Under the pieces are notes generated by a model. The model had not been told where the DNA came from, did not search any database, and was given only the letters and a program-made list of their open reading frames with translations. A stretch of DNA of 64,000 nt from Solirubrobacterales bacterium (GTDB lineage: Bacteria; Actinomycetota; Thermoleophilia; Solirubrobacterales; 70-9). The stretch covers positions 73-64,072 of the forward strand of contig DATIOC010000043.1 of NCBI GenBank assembly GCA_035473555.1. Direction: 5' to 3'. Shown here in pieces: positions 52,058 through 60,181 of the stretch (position 1 is its first letter; each line of letters opens with the position of its first letter). Both the position numbers and the translations under genes were made by a program.

Positions 52058-53620
52058 CTACCAGGTGTCGACGAAGCGGTGGGTGCCCGGCGGACGGGCG
52101 TCGCCCGCCGCGGTCAGGGTCGCGGCGATAAGGCCGCGGGTCTCGGCCGGGTCGACGACGTCGTCAAGCTCGAACAGCGCCGCCGCGTTCAGTGCCGCCG
52201 CGTTCTCTTCGGCCTGGGCGGTGAGGTCGCGGACCCGCTGCTCACGCTCGGCCTCGTCGGCGATCGCCTCCAGCTCCTTGCGCAGCGCCAGCCGCACCGC
52301 CCCCTCCAGCCCCATCGGCCCGAGGTGGGCGCTCGGCCAGGCGACCGTCAGCAGCGGCTCGTGCAGGCTGCCGCCGACCATCGCCTGGGCGCCAAGGCCG
52401 TAGCCGCGCCGCAGCACGACCGCGATCAGCGGCACCCGCAGCGCCGCCCCGGCGACCAGCAGGCGCGAAGCGTGGCGGACCAGGCCGGTCGCCTCTGCCT
52501 CGGTCCCGACCATGTAGCCGGGGGTGTCGACGAGGGAGACGACCGGCAGGCCGAAGGCGTCGCAGAGCTGCAGCAGCCGGGCCGCCTTGTCGGAGGCGTC
52601 GCTGGTCAGGGCGCCGGCGGTGTGGCGGGTGTCGTTGCAGACGATCCCCAGCGGCCGGCCCTCGATCCGCGCCAGCGCCGTAACCATCTCCGGCGCGAAG
52701 CGCTCGCGCAGGAAGGTGACGCTGTCCTCGTCGCAGAGGGTCTCGACGATCGGCCGCGGGTCGTAGGCGCGGCGCTTGCGCTCGGGGATGGCGTCGCGCA
52801 GCAGCGCCTGGTCGGGTTCGGGACCGGGCGCGGTCGGTCCCTGGAAGTAGGCGAGGAGCTTCTTCGTCACCGCGGTCGCCTCGGCCTCGTCGGCGACGGC
52901 GACGTCGACGACCCCGTTCGGCGCCTGCATCTCGATCGGCCCGACCGCGTCGGGGTGGATCTCGCCGAGGCCGCCGCCGGCGATCATCGCCGGTCCGCCC
53001 ATCCCCAGCGAGCTGCGCTCGGTGGCGACGATCAGGTCGGCGCAACCGGCGAGGACCGCGTTGCCGGCGAAGCAGCGACCGTGGACGATCGCGATCCGGG
53101 GCACCAGCCCGGAGAGCTTCGCCCAGAGCGCGAAGGCGCGGGTGTCAAGGGCGGAGACGACCGGGTAATCGGTGTCGCCGGGCCGCCCTCCCCCGCCCTC
53201 GGCGTAGAAGACGACGGGAAGGCGCATCCGCTCGATCAGCTCGAAGAGGCGGTCCTTCTTGCGGTGGCCGAGGGCGCCCTGGGTCCCGGCCAGCACCGTG
53301 TAGTCGTAGGAGAGGACCGCGCAGGCGGCGCGCTCGGGCGCGAAGAGCTCGCCGTTGACCCGGGCGGTGCCGCCGATCAGCCCGTCGGCGGGCGTGCGGG
53401 CGATCAGGTCGGCGACCTCGCGGCGGCCGCGCTGGGCGGCGATCGCGAAGCGGCCGTACTCGACGAAGGAGCCGGGGTCGACGAGGTCGGCGAGGTTCTC
53501 GCGGGCGGTGCGCCCGCCGGCGGCGTGCCGCTTCTCGACCGCGTCGCCGCGCGCCGCGTCCTCGGTCAGCGCCCGCCGCGCCAGCAGCTCCGATAGGTCG
53601 TCTCGCTCCCCCTCAGGCAC
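52058..53620 (-). CDS. Acyl-CoA carboxylase carboxyltransferase (beta) subunit
   Basis: 520 aa with two crotonase-like halves: ...YDYTVLAGTQG..., ...GGGRPGD..., ...GPAMIAGGGLGE..., ...DTPGYMVGTEAE.... Confidence 0.88.
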   Translation of the reverse strand: MPEGERDDLSELLARRALTEDAARGDAVEKRHAAGGRTARENLADLVDPGSFVEYGRFAIAAQRGRREVADLIARTPADGLIGGTARVNGELFAPERAACAVLSYDYTVLAGTQGALGHRKKDRLFELIERMRLPVVFYAEGGGGRPGDTDYPVVSALDTRAFALWAKLSGLVPRIAIVHGRCFAGNAVLAGCADLIVATERSSLGMGGPAMIAGGGLGEIHPDAVGPIEMQAPNGVVDVAVADEAEATAVTKKLLAYFQGPTAPGPEPDQALLRDAIPERKRRAYDPRPIVETLCDEDSVTFLRERFAPEMVTALARIEGRPLGIVCNDTRHTAGALTSDASDKAARLLQLCDAFGLPVVSLVDTPGYMVGTEAEATGLVRHASRLLVAGAALRVPLIAVVLRRGYGLGAQAMVGGSLHEPLLTVAWPSAHLGPMGLEGAVRLALRKELEAIADEAEREQRVRDLTAQAEENAAALNAAALFELDDVVDPAETRGLIAATLTAAGDARPPGTHRFVDTW

Positions 53621-53632
53621 GCGAGGATCCTC

Positions 53633-54073
53633 TCAGCCGTCGAGCTGCTTGGCGAGGCGGCGCATCGCCTTGGCGTTGACCCGCTTGGCAAAGGCGCGGG
53701 TCAGGAACGGGGCGATGCGCTCGGAGCGCGGCAGCTCGAGGAACCCGAGCTCGAATTCGATCCGGGTGCCGCCGCCGGCCTCGCTCAGCCGGTAGGTGCC
53801 GCGGGTCCTGCGCTTGCCGCCGGAGGAGACCGCGTCCTCGACGAGCAGCCGCGGCGCTTCGCACTCGACGACCTCGAACTCGAACCAGTCCTGCGAGCCG
53901 GGCGCTTTGGCGAGAGCCTCGGCTTTCGCGCCGACGCCGCTGGCCGGCCCGGAGAACTTCCACTTCTCCAGGTAGTGGTCGAGGAAGGCCTCGTGGTTGG
54001 CGAGGGTGTCGAGATGCTCGAAGACCTGCGCCGGAGGCGCGGCGACTTCGGTGGAGACGATGACCGGCTTCAT
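53633..54073 (-). CDS. SRPBCC (START/polyketide-cyclase-like) family protein
   Basis: 146 aa with MKPVIVSTEVAAPPAQVFEHLDTLANH.... Fold-family pattern only. Confidence 0.65.
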   Translation of the reverse strand: MKPVIVSTEVAAPPAQVFEHLDTLANHEAFLDHYLEKWKFSGPASGVGAKAEALAKAPGSQDWFEFEVVECEAPRLLVEDAVSSGGKRRTRGTYRLSEAGGGTRIEFELGFLELPRSERIAPFLTRAFAKRVNAKAMRRLAKQLDG

Positions 54074-54104
54074 CGAGCCGAGATCCTAGTCCCGGGCGGT
54101 TCGA

Positions 54105-54350
54105 TTAGCCGCGGATCGCTTTGCCGACGAGGTGCTTGAGGCGGGTGCGGTCGCGCTGCGCGAGGTTGTCCGGGCGGCCCTTCGACTTCTTCAGCAGGTT
54201 CCAGAACTCGGTCTGCTCGCGGCTGCTGAGGTTGCCCTCGATCCGGTCGCGGCCTTTCTTCAGCAGCCAGAGGGTGACGACCCAGACTTTCGCCCAGGGG
54301 ACTCGCTTCCAGACGTGGGGCGCCGCTTTGCGGGCGAACCAGAGGGGCAT
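54105..54350 (-). CDS. Hypothetical small basic protein (81 aa)
   Basis: GC3-biased ORF in an operon-like minus-strand array. I did not recognise a domain. Confidence 0.5.
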   Translation of the reverse strand: MPLWFARKAAPHVWKRVPWAKVWVVTLWLLKKGRDRIEGNLSSREQTEFWNLLKKSKGRPDNLAQRDRTRLKHLVGKAIRG

Positions 54351-54364
54351 CGGTGCAGTCTCGC

Positions 54365-54799
54365 CTATTCGACGACTTCGACGGTGCCGTGCATCGTCGG
54401 GTGGATTTCGCAGAAGTAGGTGAAGGTGCCCGCTTCCTTGAAGGTCTCCGAGCCGATCTTGCCTTTCTCGATCGTGCCGGTGTCGAAGCTGCCGTCGTCG
54501 GCGGTCGCGGTGTGGGGCGCGGTGTCCTGGTTCTGCCAGATCACCTTACCGCCGACCTGGACCACGACCGGGTCCGGCTGGTAGGTGAATTCGACGATGT
54601 CGACTTTTTCGGACTTCGAAGCCGCGCCGCTGGGGGCGGGTTCGCTCTCCGTCGATTCCGTTTCTTCCGTCGTCGTTTCGCTTGCCGGCGGCGCGGTTTC
54701 CGCTTCCGAAGAGGTGGAATCGGAGCCGCCGCCCCCGCAGGCAGCAAGGCCGAGGGAGAGTGCGACCAGGGCAGCGATGAGCAGCGGCTTCAATTCCAT
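54365..54799 (-). CDS. Cupredoxin (plastocyanin/azurin-family) copper-binding lipoprotein
   Basis: Lipobox LGLAACGG, a Ser/Thr/Glu-rich linker, then ...APHTATA...FTYFCEIHPTMHGTVEVV (H...C-x2-H-x2-M). Confidence 0.85.
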   Translation of the reverse strand: MELKPLLIAALVALSLGLAACGGGGSDSTSSEAETAPPASETTTEETESTESEPAPSGAASKSEKVDIVEFTYQPDPVVVQVGGKVIWQNQDTAPHTATADDGSFDTGTIEKGKIGSETFKEAGTFTYFCEIHPTMHGTVEVVE

Positions 54800-54863
54800 G
54801 GATTTCTCCCTACCCGTCCAGGCGTGAATCAGTCATTTGCTTGGGTCCTAATACGCTGGCGCG

Positions 54864-57068
54864 GTGGTCACCGGATCACGAGGACGATGGCTCGCGGTCG
54901 CGGTCTGGCTGCTGATCGGCGCCGCCGGGCTGTTCGCCCACGCCCGCATCGACGACGTCACCGCCGCCGGGCAGTCGAGCTTCCTCCCCGCCAACTCGGA
55001 ATCGACCCGGGCGCTCGACGCGCTGCAGCGGGTCTCCAACGGCGGCGAAGACGTGCCGGTGGTGATCGTCTTCGAACGCCACGGCGGCCTCAGCGACGCC
55101 GATCTGCGGGCGATCGGCCGGATCGGCGACGGTCTCGGCAAGCTCGAACTCGCCGGCGCAACGCCGATCGTCGACCCGTTCTCCGGCGAATACCGCAACG
55201 AACTGACCCAGGTGGCGCGGCTGGCAAAGGGGATCGGCCCGGTCTCGCAGGACGGCGAAGCGGCCCTGCTGGTGCTGGCGATCGACGCCCAGGACCGCGG
55301 CGCGGTCGTCAAAGGGGTCAGCCAGATCCGCCGCTACCTGCGGGCGCACGAACAACCGGGGGTCCACGCCTACGTCACCGGGCCGGGCGGGATCGCCGCC
55401 GACCTCGAGGCGATCGCCAGCGACGCCGCCCGCACCCTCCTCATCGCCACCTTAGGCCTCGTACTCCTCCTCCTGCTCCTCGTCTACCGAGCCCCGATCC
55501 TGGCTCTACTGCCGCTGCTGGTAGTCGGCCTCGCCTACCTGACCGCGATCGGCATCGCCTACCTCCTGATCAAGGCCGGCTGGATCACCGTCAACGCCGA
55601 GGGAACCATGCTCCTCCTGGTCCTCATCTTCGGAGCGGGGACGGATTACTCCCTTCTCCTGGTCCATAGATACCGGGAAGAGCTGGGCGCTGTAGGGGGT
55701 CCGGGGGGTCCCCTCCGTCACAAAGATGGGGAGGTTCCTCCGGGGACCCCCCGGACCCCCCTCGATCGCGCTGTTAGGGAGACGCGCCCAGCGCTGTTGG
55801 CGAGCGGTGGGACCGTGATCGCGGCGATGCTCGTCCTGCTCGTCGCGAATTTGCAGTCGACTCACTGGCTCGGGCCGGTGCTGGCAATCGGCATCGCAGT
55901 GATGCTGCTCGCTGCATTCACCCTGTTGCCAGCCCTGCTCTCCATCCTCGGAGACCGAGCTTTCTGGCCCGCAAGCCCCGCCTCTGGCGTGGGGCAGGGG
56001 GGTCCCCGGAGGAACCTCCCAAATCGTGACGGAGGGGACCCCCCTGCCCCGCGCCCAACCATCTGGGAACGAACCGCAGACCTGGTCCGCCGCCGCTCCG
56101 GCCGAATCATCATCGGCCTCCTAGCCCTGCTCCTCGTCCTCTCACTAGGCAACCTGACGAACCACGACACCCTCGGATTCGGCCAGGGAGTGACCCGGGC
56201 GACGAACTCCAGCCGCGGCACCGAAGCGCTGGAACGGCACTTTCCCGCCGGGTTGGGCGCACCGCTGACGGCGGTCGTCAAGGCCGAGGAGGCGCCGGCG
56301 GTGACGCGGGAGATGGAAAAGCTGGGCAACGTGCAGCTGACTCTGCCGGCGCCGGTCCCCGGCGACGCGGCCGAGGCGGTGATCCTCCTCGTCCTCCACG
56401 ACGACCCCTACGGCAACGAGGCCGAAGACGCGGTGGAAGAGATCCGCGAACGGCTGCACGCCGTGGCGCCCAGCGCCCTGCTCGGCGGCGTCCCGGTCGA
56501 GAACCTCGACGTCGAGGAAGCCAACGCGCGGGACACGAAGCTGATCGTGCCGCTGGTCCTGCTCGTCGTCGGCCTGATCCTGATCGCGGTGCTGCGGGCG
56601 CTGGTCGCGCCCGCCTACCTGATCGCGACCGTGGTCGCCTCCTTCGCCGCGACCCTTGGCCTCGCGACCTTCGCCTTCACCGAGGTCTTCCAGATGGCGG
56701 GCCTCGCCTTCAACCTCGAGCTGATGGCGTTCATCTTCCTCGTCGCCCTCGGGGTCGACTACAACATCTTCCTGATGACCCGGGCGCGCGAGGAGGCGGC
56801 CGTCCGCGGCACCCGCGAGGGCGTCCTCGCCGCCCTGGTCAGCACCGGCGGCGTCGTCACCGGCGCCGGCCTGATCCTCGCCGGCACCTTCGCCACCCTC
56901 ACCCTGCTGCCGCTCGAGGAGCTGGTCCAGGTCGGCGCCACCGTGGCCGTGGGCGTCCTCTTGGACACCTTCCTGGTCCGCGCCCTCCTGATCCCCGCAA
57001 TCACCTACCGCCTCGGCGACCGCGCCTGGTGGCCAGGGCGCCCCGGCTGGCGGAGCCGGCGTTTTTAG
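54864..57068 (+). CDS. MMPL-family (RND-like) transporter carrying two in-frame palindromic-element insertions
   Basis: 734 aa and 12 TM-type segments in two halves, with GTDYSLLLVHRYREEL and GVDYNIFLMTRAREE motifs. Confidence 0.88.
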   Translation: MVTGSRGRWLAVAVWLLIGAAGLFAHARIDDVTAAGQSSFLPANSESTRALDALQRVSNGGEDVPVVIVFERHGGLSDADLRAIGRIGDGLGKLELAGATPIVDPFSGEYRNELTQVARLAKGIGPVSQDGEAALLVLAIDAQDRGAVVKGVSQIRRYLRAHEQPGVHAYVTGPGGIAADLEAIASDAARTLLIATLGLVLLLLLLVYRAPILALLPLLVVGLAYLTAIGIAYLLIKAGWITVNAEGTMLLLVLIFGAGTDYSLLLVHRYREELGAVGGPGGPLRHKDGEVPPGTPRTPLDRAVRETRPALLASGGTVIAAMLVLLVANLQSTHWLGPVLAIGIAVMLLAAFTLLPALLSILGDRAFWPASPASGVGQGGPRRNLPNRDGGDPPAPRPTIWERTADLVRRRSGRIIIGLLALLLVLSLGNLTNHDTLGFGQGVTRATNSSRGTEALERHFPAGLGAPLTAVVKAEEAPAVTREMEKLGNVQLTLPAPVPGDAAEAVILLVLHDDPYGNEAEDAVEEIRERLHAVAPSALLGGVPVENLDVEEANARDTKLIVPLVLLVVGLILIAVLRALVAPAYLIATVVASFAATLGLATFAFTEVFQMAGLAFNLELMAFIFLVALGVDYNIFLMTRAREEAAVRGTREGVLAALVSTGGVVTGAGLILAGTFATLTLLPLEELVQVGATVAVGVLLDTFLVRALLIPAITYRLGDRAWWPGRPGWRSRRF
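55695..55760 (+). repeat. Palindromic element copy A (66 nt, 19-bp perfect arms) inside the MMPL coding sequence
   Basis: GGGGGTCCGGGGGGTCCCC (55695-713) pairs with GGGGACCCCCCGGACCCCC (55742-60). It starts on a codon boundary and encodes GGPGGPLRHKDGEVPPGTPRTP. Confidence 0.85.
55991..56050 (-). repeat. Palindromic element copy B (60 nt, 17-bp perfect arms), the inverted counterpart of copy A, inside the MMPL coding sequence
   Basis: GGGGCAGGGGGGTCCCC (55991-56007) pairs with GGGGACCCCCCTGCCCC (56034-50). The reverse complement of its interior (TCCGTCAC-GATTT-GGGAGGTTCCTCC) matches the interior of copy A. Confidence 0.85.
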
Positions 57069-58441
57069 AAGCCCGGGCTGCGCTTCATCTTTTTGCGCTC
57101 GTGGGGGTGGGCGCCGCCCTTCTTCTCGAGCGTCTCGCAGGCTTCGTGGATGTCGTCGGCGAGGCGGTCTACCTGGGCGCGGCTCAGCGTCTCCTTGACC
57201 AGCGCCCGCATGATCTTCACCTCTTCGGCGTCGGGCGGCATCGTGTAGGCGGGGAGCATCCAGCCGCGCTCGGCCGAGAGCTGCCAGGAGACGTCGAACT
57301 CGTCGTAGTCGTGCTCGCCGGCGAGCTTGAAGGCGACCAGCGGCAGCTGCTCTTTGTCGGCCCCGATCAGCTCGAAGTTGCCGTTTTCCTCCAGCTTCTG
57401 CGCCAGGGCTTTGGCGTTGGAGTTCATCGCCTCCATCACGTGGGTGTAGCCCTCGCGCCCGAGGCGGACGAAGTTGTAGTACTGGGCGAGCACCATCGAG
57501 GCGCCGGTGGAGAAGTTCAGCGTGAAGGTCGCGTCGGTCTTCCCCAGGTAGTTCTCGTAGAAGACGAGGTCCTCGGCCAGGTCGGCCTTCTCGCGGAAGA
57601 CGAGCCAGCCGATCCCCGGGTAGACGAGGCCGAACTTGTGGCCGGAGACGTTGATCGACCGCACCTGCTCGAGCCGGAAGTCCCACTCCGAGTGGGGGTA
57701 GAGGAAGGGCCAGACGAAGCCGCCGCTGGCCGCGTCAACGTGCAGCGGCACGTCGATCCCTTTCTCCTCCTTCAGCCGCAGCAGCAGGTCGTTGATCCCG
57801 GGGATGTCGTCGGCGTGGCCGGTGAAGGTGGTGCCGAGGACGGCGGCGACGCCGATCGTGTTCTCGTCGATGTGGGGCTCGACGTCCTCGGGGCCGATCA
57901 CGAACTTGTCCTCGCGCAGGCGGACGATCCGCGGTTCGACGTCGAAGTAGCGGCAGAACTTTTCCCAGACGACGTGGACGTCGCCGCCGAAGACGAGGTT
58001 CGGCTTGTCGACCGGCTTGCCCGCCGCTTCCTGGCGCTCCTTCCATTTCCACTTCAGCGAGAGCGCCCCGAGCATGATCGCCTCCGAGGAGCCCTGGGTG
58101 CGGCAGCCGGTCGTCTCCCCCGGCGCGTGGTAGAGGTCGGCGAGCATGCGGATGCAGCGCTGCTCGATCTCGGCCGAGATCGGGTACTCGGCGTGGTCGA
58201 TGAAGTTGCGGTGCAGGTTCTCGGAGACGATTCGCTGCGCCTCGGGCTCCATCCAGGTGGTGACGAAGGTGGCGAGGTTGCGCCACGGGTCCCCCTCCAG
58301 CACCAGTTCCTCGTCGACCAGCCGCATCGCGTCGAGCGCCGACATCCCGCTGGCCGGGAAATCCTTATCCGGCGCGTCTTCGGTGAGGAAGCGGCCGCCG
58401 TAGAGCATCGCGGCTTCCTCGGGGGTCTGAGGCTGGTTCAT
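57065..58441 (-). CDS. gad: Glutamate decarboxylase (PLP-dependent, group II)
   Basis: Start at MNQPQTPEE (58441) with a GAAGGAG RBS. ...FVTTWMEPEA..., ...INVSGHKFGLVYPGIGWLVFR (PLP-binding Lys), ...LNFS.... Confidence 0.92.
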   Translation of the reverse strand: MNQPQTPEEAAMLYGGRFLTEDAPDKDFPASGMSALDAMRLVDEELVLEGDPWRNLATFVTTWMEPEAQRIVSENLHRNFIDHAEYPISAEIEQRCIRMLADLYHAPGETTGCRTQGSSEAIMLGALSLKWKWKERQEAAGKPVDKPNLVFGGDVHVVWEKFCRYFDVEPRIVRLREDKFVIGPEDVEPHIDENTIGVAAVLGTTFTGHADDIPGINDLLLRLKEEKGIDVPLHVDAASGGFVWPFLYPHSEWDFRLEQVRSINVSGHKFGLVYPGIGWLVFREKADLAEDLVFYENYLGKTDATFTLNFSTGASMVLAQYYNFVRLGREGYTHVMEAMNSNAKALAQKLEENGNFELIGADKEQLPLVAFKLAGEHDYDEFDVSWQLSAERGWMLPAYTMPPDAEEVKIMRALVKETLSRAQVDRLADDIHEACETLEKKGGAHPHERKKMKRSPGF

Positions 58442-58515
58442 CTTCGGAGCTCCTTCTCGGGGTCCGCGCGAGCCTAACCGCCCCGGCCGGGGTCGTGTGC
58501 GCATAGGGTGAACGC

Positions 58516-59304
58516 GTGGAGGTCCGGCTCACCCACATCGGCGGTCCCACGGTGCTGATCGAGTTCGCCGGCTGGCGGCTGCTGACCGACCCGACCTTCG
58601 ACCCGGCCGGCGGCAAGTACCGCTTCGGCTGGGGCACCGGCTCGACCAAACTGAGCGAGCCTTCGCTCTCCCCCGAGGAGCTCGGCCCGATCGACGCGAT
58701 CCTGCTCAGCCACGACCACCACGACGACAACCTCGACGCCGCCGGCCGGGCGCTGCTGCCGCGGGTGGGAACGGTGCTCACCACCGAGGCCGGCGCCCGC
58801 CGGCTCGGCGGCAACGCCCGCGGCCTCGCCCCCTGGGCGACGACCGAGCTGAGCGCCGAGGGCAAACCGCGGATCGAGGTCACGGCCACCCCGTGCCGCC
58901 ACGGCCCGCCGCTGAGCCGGCCGCTGGTCGGCGACGTCGTCGGCTTCGCGCTCACCTGGGAGGGACAGGAGCACGGCGCGCTCTGGATCTCCGGCGACAC
59001 GGTCCTCTACGACGGCGTCCGCGAGGTCGCCGACCGCGTCGACGTCGGCACCGCGCTCGTCCACCTCGGCGGCGTCCGCTTCCCGGTCACCGGCCCCCTG
59101 CGCTACACGATGACCGCCGGCGAGGCGGTCGAGCTGCTCGGCGACCTGCGACCCCGGACCGCGATCCCGATCCACTACGAGGGCTGGCGCCACTTCCGCC
59201 AGGGCCGGGACGAGGTCGAGGCCGAGTTCGCCAGGGCGCCGGCGGAGGTGCGCGACCGGGTCCGCTGGCTGCCGCTCGGCGGCGGCGCCGAGATCGGCGT
59301 CTAG
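58516..59304 (+). CDS. MBL-fold metallo-hydrolase
   Basis: ...THIGGPTVLIEFAGWRLLTDPTFDP..., ...AILLSHDHHDDNLD.... Confidence 0.8.
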   Translation: MEVRLTHIGGPTVLIEFAGWRLLTDPTFDPAGGKYRFGWGTGSTKLSEPSLSPEELGPIDAILLSHDHHDDNLDAAGRALLPRVGTVLTTEAGARRLGGNARGLAPWATTELSAEGKPRIEVTATPCRHGPPLSRPLVGDVVGFALTWEGQEHGALWISGDTVLYDGVREVADRVDVGTALVHLGGVRFPVTGPLRYTMTAGEAVELLGDLRPRTAIPIHYEGWRHFRQGRDEVEAEFARAPAEVRDRVRWLPLGGGAEIGV

Positions 59305-59394
59305 CCGAGTGACTCGCAGCGCAAAACGAGGCCTCCCACCCGCTATGTTGCCCAGGCAGATCAGATTTCTTTCCCCAATGAGAGGTGACGGTCG

Positions 59395-59829
59395 ATGAAC
59401 GATGTGAGTGAGATGGGGCCGGTCGATTACATCCTGGTCGAGTGGCCCGGGCGCCAACCGAACGGTGAGGTCGCCCCCCACCTGGTCGACCTCGTCGACC
59501 GCGGCCTGATCAGGATCCTCGACCTCGCCTTCGTCACCAAGGACGAGGACGGCACGGTCGCGGGGATCGAGCTCGCCGACCTCGGCGACGGCGCCGGGGA
59601 GCTCGAGGTCTTCGAGGGTGCCTCCTCGGGCCTGCTCTCCGACGACGACCTGACCGAGGCCGCCGCCGCGCTGGAGCCCGGCACCTCGGCCGCGGTGCTC
59701 GTCTTCGAGAACACCTGGGCCGCGCCCTTCGCCGCCGCGGTGCGCCGCTCCGGCGGCCAGCTCGTCGCCAGCGGCCGCATCCCCGTCCAAGCCATCCTCG
59801 CCGCCCTCGACGCGGCCGAGTCGAACTAG
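59395..59829 (+). CDS. DUF6325-family protein
   Basis: MGPVDYILVEWPGRQPNGEVAPHLVDLVDRGLIRILDLAFVTKDEDG... is the family-typical N-terminus. Confidence 0.7.
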   Translation: MNDVSEMGPVDYILVEWPGRQPNGEVAPHLVDLVDRGLIRILDLAFVTKDEDGTVAGIELADLGDGAGELEVFEGASSGLLSDDDLTEAAAALEPGTSAAVLVFENTWAAPFAAAVRRSGGQLVASGRIPVQAILAALDAAESN

Positions 59830-59842
59830 ATAGGAGCAGCAG

Positions 59843-60121
59843 ATGCCAGGACTACTTCGAGGCGTTGCCCGCACCGCGGTCATCGCCGGCACCGCGACCT
59901 CGGTCAGCAACCGCGTCTCCAAACGCCAGGGCGAGCGCTGGGCCCAACAGGAAGAACAGCAGCAGCAGGCCGCCGCGCCGCCGCCGCCCGCCCCGGCAGC
60001 CCCCGCCGCGGCCGCGAGCTCCCCGATCGAGCAGCTGAAGGAACTCGGCGAGCTGAAAGCCCAGGGCATCCTCACCGAGGAGGAGTTCGCCGCGCAAAAG
60101 GCGAAGCTGCTCGGCTCTTAG
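59843..60121 (+). CDS. SHOCT-domain small protein
   Basis: C-terminal ...IEQLKELGELKAQGILTEEEFAAQKAKLLG, preceded by a Gln/Pro/Ala-rich linker. Confidence 0.75.
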   Translation: MPGLLRGVARTAVIAGTATSVSNRVSKRQGERWAQQEEQQQQAAAPPPPAPAAPAAAASSPIEQLKELGELKAQGILTEEEFAAQKAKLLGS

Positions 60122-60181
60122 CCCCAAGAAGGTGCCTCCGTTCGGGGGCACGCATCGACTTCCCCTCGGTACGCTGGCGGC

